A stretch of 62,457 nt of DNA, the filler included, from Catajapyx aquilonaris (Eukaryota), in NCBI GenBank assembly GCA_000934665.2. It is 2 parts of 2 records of this genome, joined end to end, with 100 filler letters (N's around TTAATTAATTAA, not from the genome) between each part and the next. Parts side by side here need not be neighbours in the genome. Positions count along the whole stretch, not along the records: positions 1 to 31,173 come from JYFJ02004564.1; positions 31,274 to 62,457 come from JYFJ02004565.1. One strand, 5' to 3'. Both the position numbers and the translations under genes were made by a program. Under the pieces are notes generated by a model. The model was given only the letters and a program-made list of their open reading frames with translations. It was not told where the DNA came from and ran no database searches. Shown here in pieces: positions 26,174-37,545 of this stretch (position 1 is its first letter; each line of letters begins with the position of its first letter).

Positions 26174-29100
26174 CTAGAAGGGAGAGATCAGGCTGCTTTC
26201 AGCACTGCTGAAGTTTTTGTGTCGAATCATTTCACGTAGAGCACACCGAGCCTCATCAATGAAGGACTTATATGTAGATGTCAAGTTGAGAGCTTCTTCA
26301 AAGGATTTCAGGTCCGGAAGGGCAGGGGCAGAATGAAGTACTGAAGTTTCAAAATATATTATAACCAAAGAAATTGTCATAAGTTACATGTGTGACTGCA
26401 CTGACCTCTAATGTCTCCACTCTCTTTGTCAACATCAACTTCAAGGTAACACCTGCGCTTGGGATTGTCTTTGTCGAGTTCATAAAAGGTAAAAACTATA
26501 CTCCCACTGGCTTGCTTGGCAATGCTGACCTTTCCTTTCGGGTCACCTTGTTGGAGATAATGTTGAGATGAAGAATTTATTTCCAGGCTCCTGGCAGCGT
26601 TTCTCATTAGCTTGGCTTTGTCTGAGGAAAATTGAAAATGTTCGTAAAATACCATGGAACAATGCTTGTTAGGGGTGAGCTATCATAATTAAAATGTCAA
26701 TGCAATGTCATATTACAATTAAACACGTCAATAGCAAACCCTGATATCATGGAAACCTGTCTACTACAGAAAGTTATGCAGTTCTGGCAAATAGGTCATC
26801 CCTGGTATTTTTGTCGGATGCAATGGAACCTAACATGAAAACAGACAATTTAGATACCCCTGTTTTTAAAAACCTTGTGTACAGAGGCCCATCGGATTTA
26901 ATGCTGCTCGACACAATGAAACATTCACCAAAGTGGTGGGCAAAAAAGTGACAGCAGGTCTCAAGTTCAGCATTCCAAAAACATACAACTAATTTGGGTT
27001 TTGTAGAATAGCATGTGCTGCCACAGAGTAGGAGCTACAGTTGCATGAAAACATGTCTTCGACTTGAAGTTACTTGAACAGAACACAAAAGGCTGAACAC
27101 ATTGCTGATCCTTAAGTGCATTCAGTCTTCTGGACACGGGAATATCTAACTGCTGTAGACCTACATTGTCATACAGTATTTGTGTATTTCACCCACATCA
27201 CATTGCCCATATTGGTGATTACACCAGAAAGACTGCCAAGAGGCCCCAAATTACACCTGAAATGTTTTTCCTAGTTTAGGATAATGTCTGATGCAGAGGA
27301 AACGTCTGGTAGGAGGCATTTTTGTCGCATGGAAGGATTCTGCTATGTACAGATTTCACTCTATATGCAACCTGGGCAATTTGAAAAGTTTTGCCTCCTC
27401 TGTGATAATTTCAATAATAAGCAAGATACTCGCGTAAACTGTATGTCTGGTGAAAGCTTGGAATGTCCTCTGTCAGGGGGTTTCACTACTTTTCCATACA
27501 GTCACCATCCCTAGCGCCCCCCCCCCCCCCCNACACTCACACACACACGCCAATGTCGGACCAGTTGCATTCCTGTCAGAGAAGAAGACAGGCGCCTTCT
27601 CCAGGCCATCAGCAATGCACATCTGCTTGCAGCTCCACATCACTGGTGTAATGGTGTCCTTTCCAGTCTTCTTTCAGCTTTGTGAAAAAGAAAAAAAGTT
27701 GCAAGGTGAGAGATGCAGGCTGTATGGCAGGCAATCCATGCCAAATGCGTCAATAAACCCAGCATCTAAAATTTCATGACATCTTACTACATATGCCATA
27801 CAGTCCAGAACTCGCACCCTGTGTTCATATAGCAGGAAGAACATCGGAAGGGACATCATTACACCAGTGATGCGGATATGCAAGCAGGTGCGCATTGCTG
27901 ATGGTCTGGAAAAGGAGCCTGTCTTCTTTTCTAACAGGATGCAAATGGTCCAACATTGGTGCATGTGTGTGGCTAGGGACGATGACTATAAATGGAAAAG
28001 TAATGAAACCCTGTGGTAGAGGACATTCCAAGCTTTCACCTGACACACAGTTTATGTGAGTGTCTTGCTTATTATTGAAATTATCGCAGAGGAGGCAAAA
28101 CTTTTCAAATCAACCTTGTACAGTAAACTTCACATACAACAGACTTCAAAGGACCACTGAAATTAGTCTGATATAGGCGGCCCAAGAAAAGACGGCACGG
28201 CCACATGAGTTTTTCCCAATTTTCTGCTCTGGGCTATAACATACTCTCAATTATAGCAGACTGGAAATGCTGGTCCTGGCACATTCAATCTTGTGTATTT
28301 GGCTGTAACAGACCTTGGTTATAGCAGACTAATTTCTGCAATCCCTTGATGTCTGTTACACCCAGTATGAAAAAGGAGCTTGGTGATTAATTTTTCCACT
28401 ACACAGTAGCAGCATGTTTTTTGCCAAGTTCACAGTAATGCTGTAACCTGACTGGGTATGCAAGGTCCAATCTGTCTTGCTTGACTACATCAGACATAAA
28501 CCTACGGGAAGCAATGAGACCAGGATTGGCTGAGAGACGCACCTGGCTCACACCCATTGGCTGATACATGCTAAAAGACACATAATTATAATAGCCAGAT
28601 AGCCACAGTTGCATGTAATGAGACGGTGCATCACACCTTTGCAAGTGAGATGATAACGCCAACGTAAGCGTCTAGCAGAGGCGTATGCAAAGGTATTGCG
28701 TATCCTGTTAAAATCTAGCAGTGCACAAAAGATTATAGACCAGACCAGCAACCAATCTGCTCTTCTTCCTGTGCATTTCCTTGATATGCTGCTCCAGTTG
28801 CACCCTCTTTTGCTCCACCTCCGCCTGATGCCTGGCCCGGTCCGCCTCCTTCCTCTCCTCTCTGCATGTCTCCCGCACCCGGCTCACAGCTGCAATACAC
28901 CACCAATGTTAAACTTGTCGCTGTCACACTGGATGGACCGAGGAGTTAGTCACCTGAACCCGCTTGACACTCTAGTGTACGACGAACATCAGCTGGTGTA
29001 CGAAGCACTTCATACGTGACTAACCCCTCAGAACCATACGTACTCCTGATCTTCTCCAGTTTGTCCCCGATCTTCTGAAAGACATCCTCCTTCCCGTCAC

Positions 29101-29179
29101 AGCCCCTCCATCCGCCCACCTCCACCTGGGCCATCCTCTCCGCCCACTGCTGCATACAAGCCTTCCCCTGTCTCACCAT
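26174..29179 (-). CDS. SPC25: Kinetochore protein Spc25 (Ndc80 complex), 4 exons, 220 aa
   Basis: complement(join(26174..26340,26406..26621,28746..28889,29044..29179)), all phase-1 GT-AG introns, 663 nt. N-terminal coiled coil (REERKEADRARHQAEVEQKRVQLEQHIKEM), then RWD-like IVFTFYELDKDNPKRRCYLEVDV...VLHSAPALPDLKSFEEALNLTSTYKSFIDEARCAL, which follows the Spc25 pattern F.F..ID..NP / SAP.L..L..F.E....T..F..F....R.A. Confidence 0.8.
27379..28110. repeat. Long imperfect inverted repeat (foldback/MITE-like) in SPC25 intron 2
   Basis: Arm ~27379-27680 (ATTTGAAAAGTTTTGCCTCCTC...GGTGAAAGCTTGGAATGTCCTC...CATCACTGGTGTAATG) is the reverse complement of ~27830-28110 (...GAGGACATTCCAAGCTTTCACC...GAGGAGGCAAAACTTTTCAAAT). 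Confidence 0.85.
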
Positions 29180-29512
29180 TCTTCGCACCACGATGCTTCG
29201 CTTGGCATGCCCTTTCGCTTCGCACACTTTGCACGTGCACTTTGTTCCACCTTTGTTCGACGACCGGTAACCCAAATGGCGCCCAAACGCAACAGTGGTA
29301 CCAACCACAAATAATTCATATGTAAATTGTTAAATTTATAATTACACCTAAATGTATTAAAATTTGAAATATCAATGTTGTTTATATGAGTAAATTTGTT
29401 CATTTGCTTTGTGGGCAATGGCGTCTGTGCTTCGGTTTGTGGGTGGTTGGCGGCGCTGCAACTTTCGCCCTCTCTACAAGTCGAATGTCGTTGGAATCTA
29501 TGGATGAATGAG

Positions 29513-29830
29513 TCAGTCGGGTTCGAGTGCGCGTAGGGGTCGCGTTTCTCTCACTTTCAACCCAGCAATCGGCTCGTGCTCTCCGTTCCGGGGACGGCTA
29601 CAGCTCGGCTACAAGCGGACAGTGTGGGTTGGTGCTGCCCCGGGGCCCTGGCCAATTCCCGCCCGCCCTTAGAAGGAAGGAGTCGTTCCCCCCTTTGGAA
29701 AATATATCTGAAAAGGTGAAGGAGAGAGAGGCTGCTCCCTGGAGTGGGTTGCCATCCCACCTTTTTGGAAGGGGAGTTTTGGGGGGACCTCACCCTGGGA
29801 ATGGAGTGGTGAGTGTAGAGGAAGTGGGAA

Positions 29831-29863
<33 letters not shown>

Positions 29864-29893
29864 CAGAGGGGCACTTCCGGACCTTGGCAGGGG
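29513..29893 (+). promoter_or_regulatory. Probable non-coding first exon of an unidentified gene divergent from SPC25
   Basis: Arthropod initiator-like TCAGTC at 29513, GC-rich leader with an (AC)n tract at ~29833-29861, strong donor GGG|GTGAGT at 29893/4. No convincing ORF. Confidence 0.4.
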
Positions 29894-31173
29894 GTGAGTG
29901 TTGCATGTACTGTGAGTGGAACACTTGCGGTAATTACTTGACTCATCGGTTTTGAGGGGGCCTGTCCGGATCACACAACCGCTTCCGCTTCAGAGGAAAC
30001 ACACTCTTGGGGTCACAGTGTACGCGTCAATGACACTCACATGTAGGCTGTGGCTTCAACAGGGAGGGATTGGTGAAGATGTTGTTAACTCCAGCAACCC
30101 TGCCAATTTTAGCAAGTGATTCTTCAAAGTGGCAGGTTGCTGGGGTGAACATTTTGTAGCTTTCACCGCTGTTGAACTGGGGACATTAATGATGCATCAT
30201 ACTAAACTAAAGGTTACAAGCCAGGTGACTAACAAGCAAGTAAAATTTTTTGCAAGCAATGTTGCCGAGTAGAATACCATGAAATCAGGACCTGCACTGC
30301 ATTATTATTCAAGACCAAAATAATGTACATGCGATCAAATTAGACAATGCTATTGAATGTTCATAATTGCTGCAGCTCATTGGTATTTTTAAATTATGAA
30401 TTAAGGAGGCCTTCAACTACAGTTATTGCTGGGCATTTGCAGAAGATGCCAGCTCTGATTAGTAATAAGTGGCTTGATTAATTTCATTGCAACCACTTTC
30501 AGCTGCCAAGGTGCATTTTTTCAAGGGAATGTATTTGATATGATGGTTGAAGTGTTTTTGGGATGTTTATTGGCCTTGTTGGCACCAGATAAAATGGACA
30601 AATTAATACTTTCGTGGCGATAACTTTGAGCGTTCATGATATGGTGTTTCACATCAAAAGACAGCGCACTAGTCTAATCAGCTGGAGTCATGGTAGGGCA
30701 CACTTTATTACTACATCCCTACATTCTATTATTTTTCCACAGTCGGCTGAAGGCAACGGGACTAATCATTGATCAATATCCGGGACTATTCCTAATAATC
30801 CGCTGCCATGTCGTTTTATAAGTCTGGAGGGACACTTCACTCCAAATTCAAGGCCAATATCGGGCAATTGGAAGTGGAACTAGTTAGTCTTCACACTTAC
30901 CAAGGTCATATATAGTATTTATCATTTACCCTATCCTGATGGAACACACCACACGTTAATGCACATTAACCAAAACTGATCAAATATTAACCACCCGCAA
31001 TGAAGCAGTGCACTCTTACTTTTTATCTTCTATGCCAAGCGCAGATTGGATACTGTTAAACATTCATATCCTATTTGGGTAAGTCCATGTCAATTCGATC
31101 ACTTTGGCGTAAGAATTTACCTCCCCATCTCCGATTTTGACGAAATTTGGCAGAGTTGTAGGGTTCATAGAGA

Positions 31174-31273
31174 NNNNNNNNNNNNNNNNNNNNNNNNNNN
31201 NNNNNNNNNNNNNNNNNTTAATTAATTAANNNNNNNNNNNNNNNNNNNNNNNNNNNNNNNNNNNNNNNNNNNN
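31174..31273. other. Artificial 100-bp gap/linker (44 N + TTAATTAATTAA + 44 N)
   Basis: Symmetric N runs around a 12-mer (31218-31229) that puts stop codons in all six frames, typical of a contig-joining spacer. Confidence 0.95.
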
Positions 31274-31328
31274 TATGTCGTTATGACCATCAGAATTTGA
31301 GATATTCAAGTCAAAGACATAAATAAAA

Positions 31329-31447
31329 ACCAGTCTTTCCTCTCTTCTTTCCCCTCTTCGTTTCTCTCTCTATCTGTCCCACCTTTGCTTCTTCTTGCAG
31401 CCAGATAGCCATAGTTGCTTTGGCTTCTTCCAAATAAACCAAACCAA
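31329..31447 (+). mobile_element. 5'-truncated copy of the ~270-bp SINE-like retroelement (3' half)
   Basis: CCAGTCTTTCCTCTCTTC...CCCACCTTTGCTTCTTC...GCCAGATAGCCATAGTTGCTTTGGCTTCTTCC..ATAAACCAAACCAA matches 51338-51462 (+) and 52472-52590 (-). Confidence 0.8.
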
Positions 31448-31605
31448 TCCCCATGGCGACATTTTCGTGGACTTCACTCTGTTTAGTGACGGCGAAGGTC
31501 GCCTGCTCGCTCCCTTTGTTTATGTATTTGCACACGTACTTTGTGGATTTTACCGAGTTGCAAAATTCCACGTTAATATGGACATTTAATGTTTTGGACA
31601 GGAGC
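31448..31605 (-). mobile_element. Helitron Rep/helicase fragment
   Basis: LLSKTLNVHINVEFCNSVKSTKYVCKYINKGSEQA contains the Helitron Rep motif H.NVE.C....S.KY..KY..KG.D; near-identical to 37329-37486. Confidence 0.85.
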
Positions 31606-32417
31606 TGACAGTCAGGGCACTACCGAACTGTCCGTATATAGTTCGTGTTCAGACGTTCAGTACAGTGCACTGTACAGTACCGGTATATCATAAAGGAGTA
31701 GAAGAATCTATTTCCAACACTGGTTCAGTTGTTATTTCCAAGTATTGGCCGGGTAAATGATAAGGCAAGAGCTGGCTGTGCCCAAGCCAGACCCACATAA
31801 TAATAATAAAAAACACCCAGCGTCGTATCCAAGGGTCGGGGGTACACTTCCAGTATCGTGCCCGCTCGTGTCCCAAGTGAATATATTTCTCACCCTAGTT
31901 GGGACCTACAATCCTGAAACCATCTCCAGGCATTGGGGGTTTTATCCCCGAACGGCAGACAGGGTACGGGGGTTCACTTCTAGTATTCTGCCAACAATCA
32001 ATTTCCTCCGATATGGAAGCAGGACCAACGTCTATGCGCATTTTTTTTGTTTCTTTATTAATTTCATATTGATAAAAAAATCTCATGCACTGCAGGATTT
32101 ACCATGTGATTATCAAGCAAAAGGTCGTCGTTATAAGGCATGCCAGATAATATTATAACCCCACATATTCGCATTAGGCATTACTTATGGAACGAATATT
32201 ACTTTCCTTCAGATCAATGCAAGGTTTCATGTAGGCCTACGACTAAGGACCACTAAACGAAAGAACCATCTGACAACATCGTTTCGTGCATTGTTTTGAA
32301 CATTGTCCTTTTTTGTTGCGAACGTTTGCTCCTATATTGTTGCGTGTGGCATCAAAACGATGATGTCAGAGCGTCCTTTTGTTTCATGTACGATCGTATT
32401 TGAATTTCTCGTGGTAT

Positions 32418-34860
32418 TCGCCGTTTTCAGGGATAAGAGATGGCAGCACTGTGCTACCTACGAGAGGGATAAGGATATTAAGATAACATAGGAATATATT
32501 GTCATCAAAATGGGTTTATTTTCAATGGAACGATAAAATGACAACACTTGCCATCTTTCCCACCAAATGTCAACTCACTCCTTCAGGAATTTGTCATTGG
32601 CTAAAATTGGTGGAGACAAGTTTACGAGTCCACACACAATTGTGAGAACATGGTCAATGAGGGGTAGCATGTCCCACTGAATTTTTCTGGTTAGGATCTC
32701 ATACACTTTAATTCTTTGAATGACTCTTTCAACATGCACTCGAGCGGCAGCAATTTGGGCTGTCACTCGCGAGTCGTATTCAGACATCTGTTTAGCCATA
32801 TTCCTTAAAAATGGTGGGCGAATTAAACCGACTCCCTGTTCCATGCTTATCCCCTCGATGTGAAACCCTTTATCGACCATTATGTCATCTTGGACAGGCT
32901 CACATTTTTCTAGTAACCCACTCTCCTCCAGGATGGCTTTATCTGACGACCGCCCACCATAACACTAGCTCACAAAAGTAATCAATCCACCTGGAGATAC
33001 TCCAATCATGAATTTAATGGTGTGGTTGGACTTGTAATGTGAATACGTTAGGATCCTGCATTTTAAGCACTTGGGTTTTCCTACACATACATCAGTACAA
33101 TCCAGCACAACCCGAACCCGATGATACAATGAGAAGGACTTTGGCGTATTTCTAAGAATTGCTAACTTCTCCGGCCATGCTATAACTGCTTTTAGCACAG
33201 CTGCCAATGCCACTACAGTTCCCTGGAAGTACCGGTGAGCACTTGTACAACTGATTTGGAACAAATATGCCATACATGTCAAATTGATTGCATGTTTCAA
33301 TTTGAATAAGGTTAATATCACTCTGTCCCGCAGGCTGAGACTACTTTTTTGTTGACAATCAGTTTCTCGGAAGCATTCAACAAGACTATTTAGCAGTGCT
33401 AGTGAGGCAACCCCTGTTAGTCTTTTGCATGATATATCGTCACTGACGAGAGCACTGAACTGAAAGTTAACAGCATTGAGTGTGTTAACTTGACATGCCT
33501 GATCCAGCAAAAGATTCTTCACTTCTTGTGACCCTATGTCCTGTAAGGCTAGTAAAGCCTCTGCTGCGTCAGTTTCTCCACAATCTCCACCAGTAATGGG
33601 ATCTAATGTCGATGTCGAGTCCTGTGCTTCCGTACATCCATTAGGAACCTCTGAAACAGTATGAAACAGATTATACTGAGGGTGCATTTGGCAAACTGGT
33701 GTTAATTCCTATAGGAAAAGTGAGTCGTACCACTGGTATGCTGCAGTTCCATTGCCTCATGTCTATGCTGCGCTCTCTTCTCCCTTCCGGAAGGAGTGCT
33801 TCTCTGTCTTCTGTCATGTGATGTCACTGGCAGGTTTTTGCTTGGTATGCTGCAACGCTTCAGTCTCCTGCGTTCGGGTTGGTAGCCTGAAACACAGTTA
33901 TCCAACAATCAGATTGTCACTTTAAGGTCTGCCTCCAGTTATAAGAATGCAGTCTTCATGCAACCAGAGCAACAGATAGTGCTAAAGGTCTGTTTGCACC
34001 AGCACAGCACCAAAAACTGGAACATTTGCAGAAAGTGATAAAAGGCCAACCCCAAATGGCCTCCCAATGTGAGGCCTATTCTAATATAATTATGCAGGTA
34101 GTGAACTTATCGCACATGCGCATGCCCTTTTTGTCGCTGTAGATGACATGCGACAAAAAGGTCAATTGCACGCCGAATAGTTGACAGCTCTCATATATAT
34201 GCGAATGGGCCTTAACTAGGCCTGTCAATTTGCTGGCACTCCTTGAAACACTTGCATTAATTTTTTATTTTTGTTATGATTTTCATTAGCTGCACAGAAC
34301 TAGGCTGAAACATTATAGGTAGGATAGGTTATGTTATAGCCCACTTTATAATGTATGACCTTGTGTTTGGCATTATTATTACCTTTGAAATTGGAATGAA
34401 AGAAATCTTCTTCCACAAAATGCATGCTACACACACACACATGGTGTCGCTGACTGGCTTCCCAATTTTTAAGCGACATTTCCACTGTTTCCTTAGCTGC
34501 AAATTTTTTGGGAAGTAGTGCAGGCTGATGGAACCGTTTGCAGTTCTTGATGAACAGCCTGGGGCACAGCAATACTTGTTCCTTGAGAAACGTCTTGCCT
34601 TCGAGGCTGTCGCGGGAGCCGCGGTGCTGGTAGAGGCTGTGTCGGCCGTGGGTGTCGCGGTGCTGGTACAGGAGGTGCCGACCATGGATGCCACGGTGCT
34701 GGTACTGGCCGTGCTTGCCATGGATAAAATTCCCGGCCAGAACGTGTGCGACAACCTAACACATCCACAGTCCACGCGTATACCACGCGGGACTTTTATC
34801 CTACCTGTAGCACTTTGCTATGTGGCCGCCAGGTGGCAGGTCACTAGCTGAAAACGGCGA
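32418..34860 (-). mobile_element. Full-length PHIS-superfamily (ISL2EU-type) DNA transposon, 2443 bp
   Basis: TIR TCGCCGTTTTCAG (32418-32430) / CTGAAAACGGCGA (34848-34860), flanked by AT on both sides (2-bp TSD); encloses a THAP + HTH + DDE_Tnp_4-type transposase. Confidence 0.85.
32575..34721 (-). pseudogene. THAP-HTH-DDE (DDE_Tnp_4-like) transposase, inactivated
   Basis: Three exons (~34383-34721, ~33732-33886, 32575-33650). THAP motif CCAPGC...LHYFP...W...VCSMHF...IPS, then VVLDCTDV, YSHYKSNHTIKFMIGVSPGGLITFVS*CYGGRSSD, MVDKGF, ARVHVERVIQRIK. Frameshift in the (CA)n tract ~34428-34442 and premature TAG at 32965-32967. Confidence 0.88.
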
Positions 34861-35092
34861 ATATACCTAACTGTCCTTGCTGGCCGCCTTCACCTTTAGG
34901 TAAGGACTAGGCCTGCTGTGATTCAAGCAGGCAGACCCCTCGTTCCCTTGCAACGAAATGAGACATTTGGTTTCAAGATGGATATAAAAATTTATTAGAC
35001 AATTTGTTTATAAATGTATGATGCTGCATGATTGTCCATAAAATATGCAAAAAAAAATGTGTATCGTCTCTGCCTGGCATTACATACTGGCC

Positions 35093-35496
35093 CTAAAGAA
35101 TTCCCTGTGTCTTCTTGAAGATGCGCTTCTTAACACCCCTCTCCAAGGACTTGTGGACACGGTTTGTCACGAGTCGTTGTGGAACGCCCAGCTTGTTAGC
35201 GGCGAAGACCACCAGCTCTTGCAAATTGCATGAGTTTCCTGACTTTTTAAGTGGGCCTACAGCAAAAATATTACAGGAACAGCTGTTGTTTCTGCAGGAG
35301 CTCTTGTTGTTCGTCGGAGTATGATTTTCCTCCTGCTGCAGCAGATGTTGTTGCTTCTGTAATAAATGAACGTTGTTGATGCAGTCAAAAGCATAACAGT
35401 GAGTATATTGGAAGTAACACTGATTTTTCAACATGACTTCGTGTTATATATGGCTCCTTCAATTGAAGAAGAACGTCCCATCTTGATGTTTTTCAT
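35093..35496 (-). pseudogene. Interrupted small ORF with linker-histone H15/winged-helix-like pattern
   Basis: Removing the 194-bp insert between the TGACTT repeats (35240-35245, 35434-35439) gives an in-frame 69-aa ORF ...IEGAIYNTKSGNSCNLQELVVFAANKLGVPQRLVTNRVHKSLERGVKKRIFKKTQGIL*. AATAAA lies on the minus strand at ~34990. Domain call is by eye only. Confidence 0.35.
35240..35439. repeat. ~195-bp dispersed repeat, copy 1
   Basis: TTTAAGTGGGCCTACAGCAAAAAT...CAGGAACAGCTGTTGTTT...CAAAAGCATAACAGTGAGTAT...CACTGATT..TCAACATG recurs in the same orientation at ~39085-39286. Confidence 0.8.
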
Positions 35497-36253
35497 CGTC
35501 TACATCAGTGCCATGTTCCTTCTTGCAACGTTTGGCCCTTTTTTCCTTCCTTGGGCGACACCTTGCATCATGGCATATCTATTGTCTTCGTTTGGGCTAA
35601 AAAAAGGTCCCATCACGTGGTCGTCAACTTTCACTTCACGAATTCTCGCTTAATACTCAGAGGTAATATTTACTATAATTATGTTCTCGACATATCACAG
35701 GTTTATTTGTGTGTGAGAGAACACCTTGCACTGTTCATTTTTATTAGGAGGGAAATAACAAGGAATCCAATGATATGTCTGGTAATCATTTACTAATAAT
35801 ATTGAAATATTGCATAGTTTGCATTGTTGACTCGACTTTATTAATCATTTACTTAAGTTACACTATTAGAGCGTTAGACGCGTCACTTACAACGCCATTT
35901 ATTACGAATAGTGTACAGTATATGCGGTATAACTTGAGATTCGTTTAAATGTCATTTCCGTAGCAGAAGAAATGTCAGGAATCAATTAAGATAATTATTT
36001 TTTAAATCACAACTATGAAAAAATTGAATGTGGCCATGTTTTTCACGTTTGGTCCTACTGTGCACCTGTTTAAATGGAACCAACAGCCTACTATACGCGG
36101 GATACGATGAAAACGTCGCCCACAGACTTAGATGACTTGTAGCAGTCCGTCATTATTATTGCAGGGGTACGACTGAATTTGTCTGCAATGTATTCCCGGA
36201 ATGATGTAGGCTTGGACAGTGGCACGCGTCATACACATGGGAATACCTCATCT

Positions 36254-36479
36254 CTGCCGTCAGATGTGAGAGGACCGTAACTCAATGTCCACTTCCCCTT
36301 GCGGCGAGAAAAAAGAGCAGTGGTACCAAAAGCACCCAACAGGTGGCGTTGGGGGAAGGGGGGGAAAAAGGAACGGCACCCCAACTCCACCTGTTGGGTG
36401 CTTTTGGTACCACTGCTCTTTTTTCTCGCCGCAAGGGGAAGTGGACATTGAGTTACGGTCTTCTCATATCTGACGGCAG
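36254..36479. mobile_element. Near-perfect palindromic MITE (226 bp) with 4-bp TSD ATCT
   Basis: Arms of ~100 bp (CTGCCGTCAGAT.TGAGA.GACCGTAACTCAATGTCC...) are almost exact reverse complements around a ~23-nt spacer; ATCT at 36250-36253 and 36480-36483. Confidence 0.85.
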
Positions 36480-36759
36480 ATCTGTGATCCCACAGTGTAT
36501 TGTCGGATGTGTCACATTCTTGAAACTGCCCATCTATGAATATGGGTTACACATCGTTTCCACGATGACAAATCAGTGTGGAACTTGGTATGGAGAAAAC
36601 TAGCTCATGTTCACTCACTTCATTAGTAATAAATTATTACTAATGATATCTAGATGTCTATTGACTTCGCAGAATTAATTTCGCAGAATTAATTATCTCC
36701 CTTTTTTTTTAAGTATAAAATATATATAAACAAGAAAATAAAACCTTTGGTCCAGTTAA

Positions 36760-36870
36760 CGTTGGGGTCGGGGTGGTATTGCCTCCCCTCCCCTCCAACG
36801 TCACAGGTGCTTGGCGCAGTATAGCCATTGCTGCTGTTGCGCCATTAAACCTTCAATCAATCAATCAATC
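36760..36870 (+). mobile_element. 3' end fragment of an I/Nimb-like LINE or SINE tail
   Basis: GGCGCAGTATAGCCATTGCTGCTGTTGCGCCATTAAAC stem-loop followed by an (AATC)n tail. Confidence 0.5.
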
Positions 36871-37189
36871 GCAGAATTTATTTCTAGTGTTGTAATAAAA
36901 CTAATAACCATAATACAGTGGGCTTACATCTACAGCTATGGCAATGCCTTTCCTCGATCGAATTTTTGCCACTAAGAGATTTATTAGGAGTCTATCCCGT
37001 GTCCCCTGAGGCATCCAAGAAGAATATATTTCCCAGGTTCACGTCCACACTTGAAATAATAGTGTTGTATGCTGTGAGCTGCTCCTTGATCTACCTACAC
37101 TAATTGTCTTCAACATATTTAAGGAAGAAGAGCATAATAAATTATCATGTGTGGTTTCATGGAAATAGTTTCAAGGAGTGCCTGATTAT

Positions 37190-37545
37190 AGCCCTGTGCT
37201 TCAAGTGGACAGAGAGGTGGGCCACCGTGGGATACCTATCGTGAATGGGGTAAGAGAGGATTCTCCACACAGCCTCAAATGTGCTAATGTATCTCCCTGT
37301 TTGATAATGCACCTCATCATGATTGTGTCCCCATGGCGACAGTTTCGTGGACTTCACTCTGTATAGTGACGGCGAAGGTCGCCTGGTCGCTTCCTTTGTT
37401 TATGTATTTCATGTTATGTATTTCATGGATTTTACAGAGTTGCAAAATTCCACGTTGATGTGGGCATTGAAGATTTTGGACAGGAGTGGACAGTAGGGCT
37501 CTACCCAACTGTTGTCAACGTTGAGAAGTCCTGCCCTGGACTTGA
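37190..37545 (-). mobile_element. Helitron Rep/helicase fragment (degraded)
   Basis: VDNSWVEPYCPLLSKIFNAHINVEFCNSVKS..KYINKGSDQATF and DEVHYQTGRYISTFEAVWRILSYPIHDRYPTVAHLSVHL are typical Helitron motifs; frameshifted. Confidence 0.88.

Noticed and set aside
27450..28046. Similar ORFs on opposite strands (e.g. MSGESLECPL..., EKKTG.FSRPSAM...)
   Set aside because: They are the two arms of the intronic inverted repeat, not genes.
31218..31229. TTAATTAATTAA as a homeodomain or piggyBac site
   Set aside because: Embedded symmetrically in N runs; it is an assembly linker.
36260..36473. Two mirror-image 62-aa ORFs
   Set aside because: Artefact of the DNA palindrome; no coding evidence.
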